DNA of 64,000 nucleotides from Chthonomonas sp. (GTDB lineage Bacteria; Armatimonadota; Fimbriimonadia; Fimbriimonadales; Fimbriimonadaceae): contig JAEURP010000007.1 of the NCBI GenBank assembly GCA_016788585.1, positions 1 through 64,000 of the forward strand, in the 5' to 3' direction. Below are positions 1 through 9,236 of the stretch, one piece after another (position 1 is the stretch's first letter; every line of letters begins with the position of its first letter). Under the pieces are notes generated by a model. The model saw nothing but the letters and a program-made list of their open reading frames with translations. It did not search any database and was not told the DNA's origin. The position numbers and the translations under genes are program-made.

Positions 1-3
1 TGC

Positions 4-137
4 GGTCTTTGGTCTATGGTCTATGGTCTATGGTCTATGGTCTATGGTCTATGGTCTATGGTCTATGGTCTATGGTCTATGGTCTATGGTCTATGGTCTA
101 TGGTCTATGGTCTATGGTCTATGGTCTATGGTCTATT
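4..137. repeat. Heptanucleotide tandem repeat (GGTCTAT)x18 plus one degenerate unit; the array begins exactly at the stop codon of the adjacent minus-strand gene and may continue beyond the window edge
   Basis: Direct reading: perfect 7-nt units from 11 to 136; ORF-track entry 9..536 (MVYGLWS repeated) is just its translation. Confidence 0.95.
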
Positions 138-546
138 GATAGACTTCCTCGTCTGGATCGACTTCGTACGGGGCTTTGTGCTCGCGCATGTGCTTATGGG
201 CCAGAGTGTCGACGAGTCTTCGAGTCTGCCTTTGAATTTGATTTAGTTCTAGTAGTGCCGAGTCGTACTCACTTTGGTCTACCTCGTACAATCTGGGTGT
301 TATCTCCAGTAGGGTTTCCAATTCCGCGGCAGATCCAAGCGCAATGCGCAGGAAGCGAGCGAAGTCACTATCTGTTCCTCTCGCAGAGCCTTCAGCGATG
401 TTCTGCGGAATCGAAACGGCGGCTCGCCTCGCTTGCGATATCAGCCCGTACTTCTCACTTGATGGCAATTTCCCATAGAGCTTATGGATTCGGACAGACA
501 AGTCGCAACCATTCTTCCAAACTTGAAGGTCCTTGAAGTTGCCCAT
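133..546 (-). CDS. Four-helix-bundle protein (23S rRNA intervening-sequence protein family, TIGR02436-like)
   Basis: 137-aa ORF; motif KDLxVWK...Y..P..EKYGL.SQ.RRAA.SIP.NIAEG..R....DF..FL.IALGS..ELET is characteristic of this family; stop codon TAG lies in the first unit of the heptamer array. Confidence 0.6.
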   Translation of the reverse strand: MGNFKDLQVWKNGCDLSVRIHKLYGKLPSSEKYGLISQARRAAVSIPQNIAEGSARGTDSDFARFLRIALGSAAELETLLEITPRLYEVDQSEYDSALLELNQIQRQTRRLVDTLAHKHMREHKAPYEVDPDEEVYQ

Positions 547-590
547 TTGGGCAATATATCAGATTGCATTGGCTCGGCTGCATTCCTTCA

Positions 591-625
591 ACCATCGACC
601 ATAGGCCATCGACCATCGACGATTG
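591..625. repeat. Short heptamer tandem repeat (ACCATCG-like x5), 45-80 nt upstream of the four-helix-bundle gene start and upstream of glgP
   Basis: Direct reading: accatcg accatag gccatcg accatcg acgattg. Confidence 0.7.
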
Positions 626-677
626 GTAATTTCCCCCAGCAAATCCGACCCCATCCTGCCAATAATAAGGGCATTCC

Positions 678-3239
678 ATGCGCCAGCTTAAGTACGCCCA
701 CTCGTTTGAAGTCGTCTCGAACCTGCCCGAGCATCTGCAGAGCTTGCAGAAGCTCGCGATGAATTTTCGGTGGACGTGGGATTTGGAGGCGCAGTTTGTG
801 TTTCGCGAGGTAGATGCGGCGCTATGGGAGGCAGTCGAGCACAATCCGCTGAGGCTGCTGCGGCGGCTGAGTCCAGAGCGGCAGCAACGACTTGCCAGTG
901 ATAAGCTCTTTTTGAACCAATTGAAGGCAGCTGAGGAGAGCCTCGACCAGTACATGGGGGCACAGACTTGGTTTGATGTGGCCTATCCCGGTGAACGTGA
1001 GCGCACGATGGTGGCCTACTTTTGTGCCGAGTTTGGCCTGAGCGAGTGCTTACCCATCTACTCTGGCGGTCTTGGCCTCTTGGCGGGCGATCACTTGAAG
1101 GCGGCGAGCGACCTCGGAATCCCGCTCGTTGGTGTTGGATTGCTTTATTCGCGGGGCTACTTTCGGCAGGCGCTCACCGAAGACGGCTGGCAGAAAGAAA
1201 CCTATCCGCAATACGACTTCTATCAATATCCACTGACTTTGGTGCGAGGGGCCGACGAGCAGCCGCTTCAGGTTCGGGTGGACTTTCCCGACCGCGCCGT
1301 GACTGTGCAAGTTTGGAAAGCCCAAGTTGGGCGGGTCGAGCTTTACCTGCTCGACTCCAATATTCTTGCCAATGCGCCCATTGATCAGGGCATCACAGAC
1401 AACCTTTATGGAGGTGATGAGCATATGCGGATCCGCCAGGAAATGGTGCTTGGCATCGGCGGCTTGAAGGCCTTGACGGCACTTGGGATCAAACCCAGCG
1501 TTTGCCATATGAACGAAGGGCACGCGGCATTCTTGACGCTGGAGCGGCTCCGCATGTTTATGGAGGAGCACAACGTGGACCTGAAGACGGCCCGACAGGT
1601 GACGGTCGCGGGCAATGTCTTCACGACTCATACGCCTGTTCCAGCGGGATTCGACGTCTTCCAACCCGAGTTGTTGGAGCAGTACCTGTTGCGAAAGACG
1701 CAGGCCGTTGGTCTCGATTTTGACGACTTTCTTGCCTATGGACGGATGAACCCCGAAGACCCGGCCGAGCCCTTCAACATGGCCATTTTGGCGATGACGG
1801 GGGCGAACTACGTAAATGGCGTGAGCAAACTTCATGCAGAGGTGAGCCGCGAGATGTTCGCCGATCGCTGGGATGACTTCACGGTGAACGAAGTGCCGAT
1901 CGATGCGGTGACCAATGGCGTTCATACGGGCACGTGGATGGGTGAACGGATGGCAACGCTGCTGAGCAAGCACTTGGGTGAGGGGTGGAAGGATGATCCG
2001 AGCTCGGAAGCGGTCTGGGACGAAGTGGCAACGATTCCCGACGAAGAACTATGGGAGTTACGGGAAGATTCTCGGGGCGACTTCGTTCGTTACGTACGAA
2101 GAAGGGTTTTGAAGACTCTGCAGAAGGGCCGCGCAGGACGCACTGAGCAGTCTGAGGCAGGAACTCTCCTCGATCCTCGCATTCTTACAATCGGTTTTGC
2201 CCGACGATTTGCGACCTACAAGCGTGCGACGCTCTTGTTCTCTGATCGCGAACGGCTCAAGCGAATCTTGCAGCATCCCGAGCGACCCGTCCAGTTTGTT
2301 TTTGCTGGCAAGAGTCACCCGAAAGATGATGGCGGCAAGAAACTGATTCAGGACATTACGAACTTCATCAAGGCGGAGGGCGGAGCTCCTCGGATGGTCT
2401 TCTTGGAAGACTATGACATCGATGTCGCTCGACATTTGGTGCAAGGTGTGGACGTTTGGCTCAATAACCCGCGGCGACCAATGGAGGCGAGTGGGACCAG
2501 TGGCATGAAAGTGGTGCCAAATGGGGGATTAAACTGCTCAGTTCTCGATGGCTGGTGGGCCGAAGGCTATGAGCCGGGCAATGGTTGGGCCATTGGCGAC
2601 GGAGGGGAAGACACCGACACCGGACGCCAAGACTGGGAAGAGAGTCGGGCTCTCTATCAATTGATCGAGCAAGACCTCGCTCCGCTCTTCTACAACCGCA
2701 ACGAGACCGGAATTCCAGTTGGCTGGGTGAAAATGATGCGACAGAGTATGCAGCAACTGGCCCCAATGTTTAGCACGGCACGTATGGTTCGCGAGTACAC
2801 CGACCGCTTCTATATGCCGGCAAATCGCTCCTATTACAACTTGTTGGAGAACGGCTGCGCTAAGGCAAAGGAAGCACTGGTCTGGCGCAAGCGCGTTCGG
2901 GAAGCTTGGCCCAGCGTCGCGCTTCGGTCGGTTCGCGACACCGCACATGCCCAGCATGTAATGGGTGATGAGCTCACCATTACGGCTACGGTAGAACTGG
3001 GGGCGCTCTCGCCTAGCGAGGTTAAGGTTCAGGCGATCGTTGGAACCGTCGGCCCAAACCGCGACTTGGTCGACACCACGGTTTATGAAATGGCGGACAA
3101 GGGAAATGGCGAGTTTGAAGTGACCTTGCCTTGTCGCGAACCGGGGCACCACGGCTATGTGTGCCGCATCGTTCCATTCAATGAGAATGTTCGAGCGGCG
3201 ACCGAGCTGCCAGTAGCAAGCTGGCAGCACGTCGGATAG
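678..3239 (+). CDS. glgP: Alpha-glucan (glycogen/maltodextrin) phosphorylase, GlgP family with DUF3417-type N-terminus
   Basis: 853-aa ORF; N-terminal WTWD/EAQFVFREVD...LW motif and length typical of the bacterial alpha-glucan phosphorylase subfamily; ATG at 678, TAG stop. Confidence 0.88.
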   Translation: MRQLKYAHSFEVVSNLPEHLQSLQKLAMNFRWTWDLEAQFVFREVDAALWEAVEHNPLRLLRRLSPERQQRLASDKLFLNQLKAAEESLDQYMGAQTWFDVAYPGERERTMVAYFCAEFGLSECLPIYSGGLGLLAGDHLKAASDLGIPLVGVGLLYSRGYFRQALTEDGWQKETYPQYDFYQYPLTLVRGADEQPLQVRVDFPDRAVTVQVWKAQVGRVELYLLDSNILANAPIDQGITDNLYGGDEHMRIRQEMVLGIGGLKALTALGIKPSVCHMNEGHAAFLTLERLRMFMEEHNVDLKTARQVTVAGNVFTTHTPVPAGFDVFQPELLEQYLLRKTQAVGLDFDDFLAYGRMNPEDPAEPFNMAILAMTGANYVNGVSKLHAEVSREMFADRWDDFTVNEVPIDAVTNGVHTGTWMGERMATLLSKHLGEGWKDDPSSEAVWDEVATIPDEELWELREDSRGDFVRYVRRRVLKTLQKGRAGRTEQSEAGTLLDPRILTIGFARRFATYKRATLLFSDRERLKRILQHPERPVQFVFAGKSHPKDDGGKKLIQDITNFIKAEGGAPRMVFLEDYDIDVARHLVQGVDVWLNNPRRPMEASGTSGMKVVPNGGLNCSVLDGWWAEGYEPGNGWAIGDGGEDTDTGRQDWEESRALYQLIEQDLAPLFYNRNETGIPVGWVKMMRQSMQQLAPMFSTARMVREYTDRFYMPANRSYYNLLENGCAKAKEALVWRKRVREAWPSVALRSVRDTAHAQHVMGDELTITATVELGALSPSEVKVQAIVGTVGPNRDLVDTTVYEMADKGNGEFEVTLPCREPGHHGYVCRIVPFNENVRAATELPVASWQHVG

Positions 3240-3246
3240 CGCCGGT

Positions 3247-4599
3247 TTACTTCCCGGGCAGGGGTGGCGGCCCGGATTTTTTGGGTGCCGGAGTCGAAGC
3301 TGGCGTTGCTTCTGACTCGATTTGCTTTCGCTCATTTGCTGGCTTCGGGCCTTCGACAACGCCGTCGAGCGGTCCGGCGAAGAGCTTGGCGGCCAAGATG
3401 GTCTGGATCACTTGGGTGATCTGGTTCGCCGTCTCACCAGGGGCGTTACCACCGCCGCTGATGTTGATGAGCTTGGCCTGACCGAGGGCTCGGGCAATCT
3501 CCGGAGCAATCGTCGGGAGCATTTCAAGTTGCTTGAGCGCGAGGTACTGCTCGCCACCTTCGCGCATCGCCTCATTCACTTTGCGGATTCCCTCGGCCTG
3601 GGCTTCGGCAATCCGTCGAATCTTGAGCGCTTCGGCATCGGCGGCGGCGCTAGCGGCAACGATCATTTGTTCGGCGTCGGCTTTGGCGCTGGCGATTTGG
3701 GTCGCGAGGAGTTCCGCCTCGCGTTGAGTGGCGAGGGCGGTTTGCCGCTTGGCTTCCGCCTCAGCGACAACGACGGCGTTTTCTGCGCGACGCTGTTCGA
3801 GATCTCGGGTGCGGTCGCTAATCGCTTGCTCGGCCGTCAGCTGAGCTTCTCTAGAGCGGCGCTCTTGGTCGGCTTGCACGATGTCGGCATTGGCTTTTGC
3901 TTCGAGGGCGGTCTGGCGTCGGCGAGCCTCGGCGACCTCACTTTGCACATCCTTGATGTTCAAGGAGTTAAAGACCAATCCAAGGTCTTGTAGTTCGCGG
4001 GAGCAGGCACTCTTGATGATGATCGCGAGGCGATCATCGTCCTCGCTGGTAGCGAGCGTGTGGTCGATGGAGGCTGGCATGTTCGCGGCTCGGGTCGCAG
4101 CGGATCGGTTAAAGAGTTCGTCGTGATGAAGGAGGTTGATCGCGCGGCGCCCCGTGGAACTCAGGAGGTCGACAAGAATCGAGTTTTGCTCGACCTCGCC
4201 CTTACTGAAGAACTTGTTGGCCGCAGTCTTGATCATCTCATTCGTGTCGCCAATACTAACGATCGCGCTGGCCAGCACGCGGACCTTAATCGGCTTTGTG
4301 CGGCCCTGCTCGTCCACGTCGGCAGTTTGGTCGGCAATGTCGAGGTCGATGTTGATCGCCTTGCTCGGAATGGTAGTGGCAGTCGTTAGGACCGGAATTT
4401 CGACCGCTTTGCCAGGGCCGCGGAAGGTGTTCGTTTTGCCGCCGAACCAACTCACCAAGCGGATGGTTCCCGCATCGACCGTCGTCAAGAAGCGACTGAT
4501 GATGAACGGAATAAAGAGGACAGCAGCGACGATTAGGCCAATCAGGACAAAAAGGGGCGGCAAATTCATGCCGTCAGCCTGAGCAAACAATTGGTTCAT
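3247..4599 (-). CDS. Flotillin-like SPFH/band-7 membrane protein
   Basis: 450 aa; N-terminal TM helix, SPFH core, long Ala/Glu/Gln/Arg-rich coiled-coil (EAEAKRQTALATQREAELL...) typical of flotillin/YqiK. Confidence 0.8.
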   Translation of the reverse strand: MNQLFAQADGMNLPPLFVLIGLIVAAVLFIPFIISRFLTTVDAGTIRLVSWFGGKTNTFRGPGKAVEIPVLTTATTIPSKAINIDLDIADQTADVDEQGRTKPIKVRVLASAIVSIGDTNEMIKTAANKFFSKGEVEQNSILVDLLSSTGRRAINLLHHDELFNRSAATRAANMPASIDHTLATSEDDDRLAIIIKSACSRELQDLGLVFNSLNIKDVQSEVAEARRRQTALEAKANADIVQADQERRSREAQLTAEQAISDRTRDLEQRRAENAVVVAEAEAKRQTALATQREAELLATQIASAKADAEQMIVAASAAADAEALKIRRIAEAQAEGIRKVNEAMREGGEQYLALKQLEMLPTIAPEIARALGQAKLINISGGGNAPGETANQITQVIQTILAAKLFAGPLDGVVEGPKPANERKQIESEATPASTPAPKKSGPPPLPGK

Positions 4600-4689
4600 T
4601 TCCTTATGACAATCTTAGCTGATTGCCAGAGCTAGATACGGGGGAGACCTGGTTTGGTTGCGATGGTCCTAACAAGAGCTCTCGCAAAA

Positions 4690-5316
4690 TTAGGTCTCGC
4701 GGATGACGACGCAAGTTCCTTTTGCTTCGTTGATCTGGGCGACAACGACCTGCTCGCCCTTTCGTACGGTAACGCCGCGCTCGAGTTCAAGCGGATCCAA
4801 AGTGGCGAGCAACTGCTTGATTTCGCCATCTACATTCACGCGGATCAAGCCTCGACCGCTCTCATCAAAGTTCGAGATTGCTTCCGCTGGTTGAGCCAAT
4901 TGTCCTTGGAGACCTTCGCTGGGTTTGCTGGCAAAGCTCAACACGAGCCTCATGATGGGGCGAATGAGGAGAAAAGTGAATAAGATTCCGCCGAAGAAGG
5001 CGGCGGTCCAAATGAGTGGGCCAGTAAGCCGATCTTTGAGGAAGATACCGGTTGCGCCCATGGCAAGAGCCATGGAGAAGAGATTTACCGGAGAGAAGAG
5101 AAGGGGCAGCCCGTGAAGGATCGAATCTCCAAAACCGTGGCCATCGGTGTGTCCATGACCATGATGTCCGTCTGCGATGTGACCGCCGTGGTCGGAAGCA
5201 TGGCCATGCCCGTCTCCGTGGGCGTGGCCGCCGTCACCGTGACCATGCATGAGGCCGAGCCCCATCATGGCGATGAATCCGACTAAGCCGACCAGAAACA
5301 GAATTTCGAAGACCAC
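4690..5316 (-). CDS. NfeD-like membrane protein with C-terminal OB/beta-barrel domain; carries a 40-aa His/Gly/Asp-rich insert
   Basis: N-terminal TM helices; C-terminal GRGLIRVNVDGEIKQL...GEQVVVAQINEAKGTCVVI resembles NfeD C-domain; directly upstream of flotillin (classic NfeD-SPFH pairing); GTG start. Confidence 0.6.
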   Translation of the reverse strand: MVFEILFLVGLVGFIAMMGLGLMHGHGDGGHAHGDGHGHASDHGGHIADGHHGHGHTDGHGFGDSILHGLPLLFSPVNLFSMALAMGATGIFLKDRLTGPLIWTAAFFGGILFTFLLIRPIMRLVLSFASKPSEGLQGQLAQPAEAISNFDESGRGLIRVNVDGEIKQLLATLDPLELERGVTVRKGEQVVVAQINEAKGTCVVIRET

Positions 5317-5327
5317 GCTTCGCTATT

Positions 5328-5942
5328 CTAACTCGCAGCGTCGGCAAAAATCAGGCGAACGCACGACGCAAGCCTTCCATCGAGGGTGTCCGGCAGGACC
5401 TCAAGGGCAAAGGCCATTCGCGTTGGCTCGGTTGCAGACTCCAGTCGAACGACGTCACCGGCGGAAAGGTCGGCAGCGGTAAGGACCTTGGCTCCGCCAG
5501 CGCTTTGATCCAGTAGCAGGGAAGGAACGCCGTTCAAGGTGATCTTCTCTTCGCTCTTTATCCTTCCTTGGTCTCGCCGATTGTGGGCGACGGGCTGCTT
5601 GACACGCTTTAGCGTGAGAACGCGGGTCTTCGAATCTCGGTCGACAACCTGTGTGCGGAAGGTGAACGCCTCTCCAAAGCCTGGGGCTTCGACATAGACC
5701 TGGTCCCCGGTTCTTAGCGCCACGTAAGCGCCCTGAGCCATGGGGGCCTCAATTTGATAGCCGCGACTTGTTTCCCCGATGAATCGGGCCCGGAGAACAC
5801 CCCGTTCTGTTCGAAGCCGCCAAAAGGTCTTGGGCTGAAAGATGGGTTCTGGCCTACGTCGTCTCGCGATCAGAGTCGCAATGACGACGGCGACGGCCCA
5901 AAGGCCGAAAAACCAAAGACTAAGTTGTAGTTCGCTAACCAT
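5328..5942 (-). CDS. Membrane-anchored PilZ-domain protein (putative c-di-GMP receptor)
   Basis: N-terminal TM helix; C-terminal RRDQGR (RRxxxR) followed 22 aa later by DQSAGG (DxSxGG), the canonical PilZ c-di-GMP binding motifs. Confidence 0.55.
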   Translation of the reverse strand: MVSELQLSLWFFGLWAVAVVIATLIARRRRPEPIFQPKTFWRLRTERGVLRARFIGETSRGYQIEAPMAQGAYVALRTGDQVYVEAPGFGEAFTFRTQVVDRDSKTRVLTLKRVKQPVAHNRRDQGRIKSEEKITLNGVPSLLLDQSAGGAKVLTAADLSAGDVVRLESATEPTRMAFALEVLPDTLDGRLASCVRLIFADAAS

Positions 5943-5957
5943 GTCCGCTACTCGCGG

Positions 5958-7415
5958 TCACTTCTCGTTGTCAAAGGCTTTCTCTGCATCGGTATAGGCC
6001 CTAAGGGCCTCACCTAAGCTGATCGTTGCCTCGTCACCGGTCTCGGGATTTCCGGACCGTGTGAATGAGAAGATCTCCGCTGCAGCTTGAGTGAGCAATT
6101 TTTGGGCCAGAACCCTTTGCTCGTGGCTTTGACGATGATTTTCTGGTACGCGTGCCGTTTCGAGGACCCCATCAAGACCTTCGCACGACTTAAAAACGCG
6201 CTGGGCCCGATTCACAACGGCTTGGTTGCCCGGCTGGAGCCGTCCCAATCGCAGGACCTCACGAAGTTCGGCTGCGAGCCGGTCGATCGCCCTTCGGCTA
6301 ACGGCAACGAGTCGCGTATAGACGTCAGCGGTGCCAGCGTCGTCGGTGGGCGGCATCGTGCTCATTAGTCGGCGGGCCTCTGCCGTGTCACCCTCCAGAC
6401 CGACGGTGACGGCCAAAGAAGCCTGCACTGCAGGCTTGGACTCTCGACTGAGCACCGTCATAAAAGCCTCACGGGCTTGCTGGTAAAGGCCTCGGAGGAG
6501 CGCGACATTGCCTTTGAGCTCTAAGATTTCGAGGCTGTCGGGATTCCGAGCCTGCGCCTCTTGAAGCTCCTCAGCGGCCCGGTCTGCCTCGCCCAGGGCC
6601 AGTAAACAGCGAATGTGAGCGAGCCTGAAACTCTGCTCGCCGGGCCAGATAAGGAGCGCCCGGCGGCACTCATCGACTGCCTCGTTATTTTTGCCTAGCC
6701 GAATCAGAGTGTCGATCAATAGCTTCCTGATGGGAAGTTCATTGGGTGCTTGGTCGACCGCTTCCCAGAGCACCGTGACCGCCTCTGCCGATTGCTTGGC
6801 GGCAATGAGCGCATCGACTTGGGAAAGCAGGGCGCCGGCGTCTGGTGCGACAGTTGGCGTGACGGGATCGGGCGTGGTGATCGTGCCCTCGCTGGGGTTG
6901 GGATCAGGCACCGCGACCTTTCGGACGTGGTCCTTGAAGAGGTTTTGACGAAGCTCGAAGCCCCATGATCGTGCTAGAGCCTGTTCGGCTTGAATGCGGC
7001 TATTGACTCCGCCTACCTCCGCCCGTGTTTCCAGAGTCTTGGTCCAAGCCGGCTTTCGTTGCCCAGTTCGGTAGACGCTGATGATGGTCCCGAGTAGGTC
7101 CTTCTCGGACTTCACGATGATCGTAACCCAAAATGGCGCCTTTAGCGCTCGGGCGACCGCTTCCATCTGCTCCTGAGTGGGCTCGAAAACACCCTCCGGA
7201 GCCAAGCGATTGTAGATGGCGTCCCGAAACTGCGGATCATTGTAAGACCACACGATCGGGTTGAGTGTGAAGACGGTACTGAATTCCTGAGAGACGGCGA
7301 TCGCGATGTCGCTCACCGCATCTTGGGGGACCTTTTGGTGGATCAGGAGGGCAGGCTCTTGCGCTACGGCAATCCCCGGCAGGATGAGCATTCCGAGCAG
7401 AAACTGGCGAAGCAT
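5958..7415 (-). CDS. Secreted TPR-repeat protein
   Basis: Signal-peptide-like MLRQFLLGMLILPGIAVAQ if ATG at 7415 is used (track ORF extends to a TTG at 7448); TPR-like helical repeats in C-terminal half. Confidence 0.5.
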   Translation of the reverse strand: MLRQFLLGMLILPGIAVAQEPALLIHQKVPQDAVSDIAIAVSQEFSTVFTLNPIVWSYNDPQFRDAIYNRLAPEGVFEPTQEQMEAVARALKAPFWVTIIVKSEKDLLGTIISVYRTGQRKPAWTKTLETRAEVGGVNSRIQAEQALARSWGFELRQNLFKDHVRKVAVPDPNPSEGTITTPDPVTPTVAPDAGALLSQVDALIAAKQSAEAVTVLWEAVDQAPNELPIRKLLIDTLIRLGKNNEAVDECRRALLIWPGEQSFRLAHIRCLLALGEADRAAEELQEAQARNPDSLEILELKGNVALLRGLYQQAREAFMTVLSRESKPAVQASLAVTVGLEGDTAEARRLMSTMPPTDDAGTADVYTRLVAVSRRAIDRLAAELREVLRLGRLQPGNQAVVNRAQRVFKSCEGLDGVLETARVPENHRQSHEQRVLAQKLLTQAAAEIFSFTRSGNPETGDEATISLGEALRAYTDAEKAFDNEK

Positions 7416-7417
7416 GC

Positions 7418-8665
7418 TTAGCCTAATGACTTCAGGGCCTGTTGGCAAGCCTGGAGAGCGCTTCTGAGTGTTGGGCTGTCAGGACTTGCCTGGACTTGCG
7501 CTGTGAAGTATCGGACAGCGTTTTCGTAAGCACGCTTCGCGTCGGCCCTGCGGCCCAGTCGCTGATAGCATTGCCCAAGCCGCTGGTTGGTGCTTGCCGG
7601 TTCGGCACCCGCCGCCAAGGCGTCTTCATAGGCCTTTGCTGCCTTGGCGTAGTCACCGGAATTGAAAAACTGTCGAGCTCGGATTGTATGGTCGCGCCAT
7701 GTGGGACCCGAATCGCCAATGACCTCGCTACCGCCCACCTGCGTGGTGTTGCCCGGCGTGGGGCGAATATCCACAGTGCCGGGGTTCGATTGGGTCGTCG
7801 GCTGGGGATCACTTTGCGTTGGAGTCGGATCCGGATCCTGTTGAGAATTTGTTGAGTTGCTGTTCGATCCCGAAGGATTTTGATTCACCGGCGTGAGGTT
7901 CATCGGCGGGCGGAGCGGTCCGATTCCACCCTCGACCTCATCGGTTCGTCCGTTAGAGGACGGGTTTGGCAGTTGGTTGTTACTACCTGGGCGGTTTGTT
8001 GACGCAGTAGTATTCGGTCCGGTCGTTGGTTGCTGTGCGGCGGCTTGCTGGCGCAGTCTCTCGTATTCCTCGCGACTCACTTCCTTCGCTTGGGGCAATG
8101 GATCACTGGGCTTTTGCTGGCCCGAAGTTGTCCCCGGCGTATTGACCACATTGTTGACGATGGGCTCCTTGACGGTTGCGGCTTGAGCCCGATTGATCAT
8201 GAGGGCAGAAGTTATGCCGATACATGCGACCAGTGCGGTCGCTGCCACTGCGGCACCAAGGGCGGCTCGCTTGTTCGGGGTGACCGGGGTTGGCGCCTCG
8301 CTTAGCATTCGGCGTACATGCTCGACCTTGATTCGATCAAGCGGAGAATTGGGACTAAGTTCCGCAACTCGCTCGTAGCATGCCAAGGCATCGGCCAGCT
8401 TTCCTTGGCGCTCCAATGCGTCCCCCTTTAGGGAGAGCGCTTGCACGTGGCTTGGGTCGGCCTCTAGAGCTTCACAGGCGACCAGAAAGGCTTCATCCGA
8501 TCGTCCATCGCCCAGCAGTCTCAATCCGTTCTCGACCAATTCATTGTTGGCCTCTCTCGCATCAGCTAGGGCCTCTTCGGGCAGGGCATGCCCACAGGAC
8601 CGGCAAAATTGACTGTCCAGCGTATTGGGCTTTTCACACTCGGAACACGTTACCAATAGCATCAC
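7418..8665 (-). CDS. Zinc-ribbon / TPR / single-TM protein with Pro-Thr-Gln-rich extracytoplasmic low-complexity region (anti-sigma-like architecture)
   Basis: N-terminal CSECEKP...CRSCGH zinc ribbon, TPR repeats, TM helix AALGAAVAATALVACIGITSALMI, then PT/Q-rich segment and C-terminal TPRs. Confidence 0.55.
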   Translation of the reverse strand: MMLLVTCSECEKPNTLDSQFCRSCGHALPEEALADAREANNELVENGLRLLGDGRSDEAFLVACEALEADPSHVQALSLKGDALERQGKLADALACYERVAELSPNSPLDRIKVEHVRRMLSEAPTPVTPNKRAALGAAVAATALVACIGITSALMINRAQAATVKEPIVNNVVNTPGTTSGQQKPSDPLPQAKEVSREEYERLRQQAAAQQPTTGPNTTASTNRPGSNNQLPNPSSNGRTDEVEGGIGPLRPPMNLTPVNQNPSGSNSNSTNSQQDPDPTPTQSDPQPTTQSNPGTVDIRPTPGNTTQVGGSEVIGDSGPTWRDHTIRARQFFNSGDYAKAAKAYEDALAAGAEPASTNQRLGQCYQRLGRRADAKRAYENAVRYFTAQVQASPDSPTLRSALQACQQALKSLG

Positions 8666-8685
8666 CTCAGATTGAACGTTCTTAG

Positions 8686-9216
8686 CTACCGGACGAGTTT
8701 ACCTTTGTAGTCCGTTCGCCTCCCACGATTTGTTTCTTCATGATAAACCTCAGCGAGGCCCTCGTAGGCATAACTGGCACGAACTCTAGCAATCTTACGG
8801 CAAGCTTGGTGCAGGATATTGAGGACGGCTTGTTTGCTGGTTCCTCGTATTTCGCCGATTTCTTCGAAGGTTTTGCCTGCCATTCGGTAGCCGATGATCT
8901 CCTTCTGTCGGTGAGTGAGCTTGGCTCTACGGAACAAGTACGCCCATTCTTTCTTCAGGAGATAGAGTTGGCTGGCGGGCGGTGGCGGCAAAAGAAGCTT
9001 GGCGTCGCGTTGGTGCGCCGCGCTGAGCTTGCAGCGAAATGAGTCCTCGGTGTAGTGTGGCCTTTGAGGATCTCGCGGAATCGAGCGCAGAATAGAGTCG
9101 GCTAGGCGGGATAGTTCAAAGGAAGTCAAAGGGGCGCTCCAAGAATGGTAGACATGCGTATACCATAATGGAGCCACGTCGCGTTTCGTCAACCGACTTT
9201 TACACGTCAAATGCAA
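8686..9216 (-). CDS. Sigma-70 region-4-like HTH protein (no recognisable region 2)
   Basis: C-terminal LTHRQKEIIGYRMAGKTFEEIGEIRGTSKQAVLNILHQACRKI is a sigma-70 r4 / LuxR-type HTH; immediately upstream of the zinc-ribbon/TM protein. Confidence 0.5.
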   Translation of the reverse strand: MHLTCKSRLTKRDVAPLWYTHVYHSWSAPLTSFELSRLADSILRSIPRDPQRPHYTEDSFRCKLSAAHQRDAKLLLPPPPASQLYLLKKEWAYLFRRAKLTHRQKEIIGYRMAGKTFEEIGEIRGTSKQAVLNILHQACRKIARVRASYAYEGLAEVYHEETNRGRRTDYKGKLVR

Positions 9217-9236
9217 GTCACGACATAATTGTTTTC

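Noticed and set aside
9-536. 175-aa plus-strand ORF beginning with repeated MVYGLWS
   Set aside because: It is simply the translation of the (GGTCTAT)n heptamer array and overlaps the better-supported minus-strand four-helix-bundle gene.
1050-1973. 307-aa antisense ORF inside glgP (and similar long antisense ORFs at 15939-16769, 23261-24376, 26080-27063, 31557-32432, 49652-51436, 56514-57770)
   Set aside because: These are shadow ORFs typical of high-GC DNA. The opposite strand encodes clearly recognisable conserved proteins (GlgP, GatB, capsid, GspE, flagellin, IF-2, GroEL).
9040-9236. Possible glycine riboswitch upstream of gcvT
   Set aside because: Only ~20 nt of non-coding sequence precede gcvT and no glycine-aptamer conserved cores (GGAGAG...CACCGAAGGGGCAA...) are present. 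The region is occupied by the 5' end of the minus-strand HTH gene.
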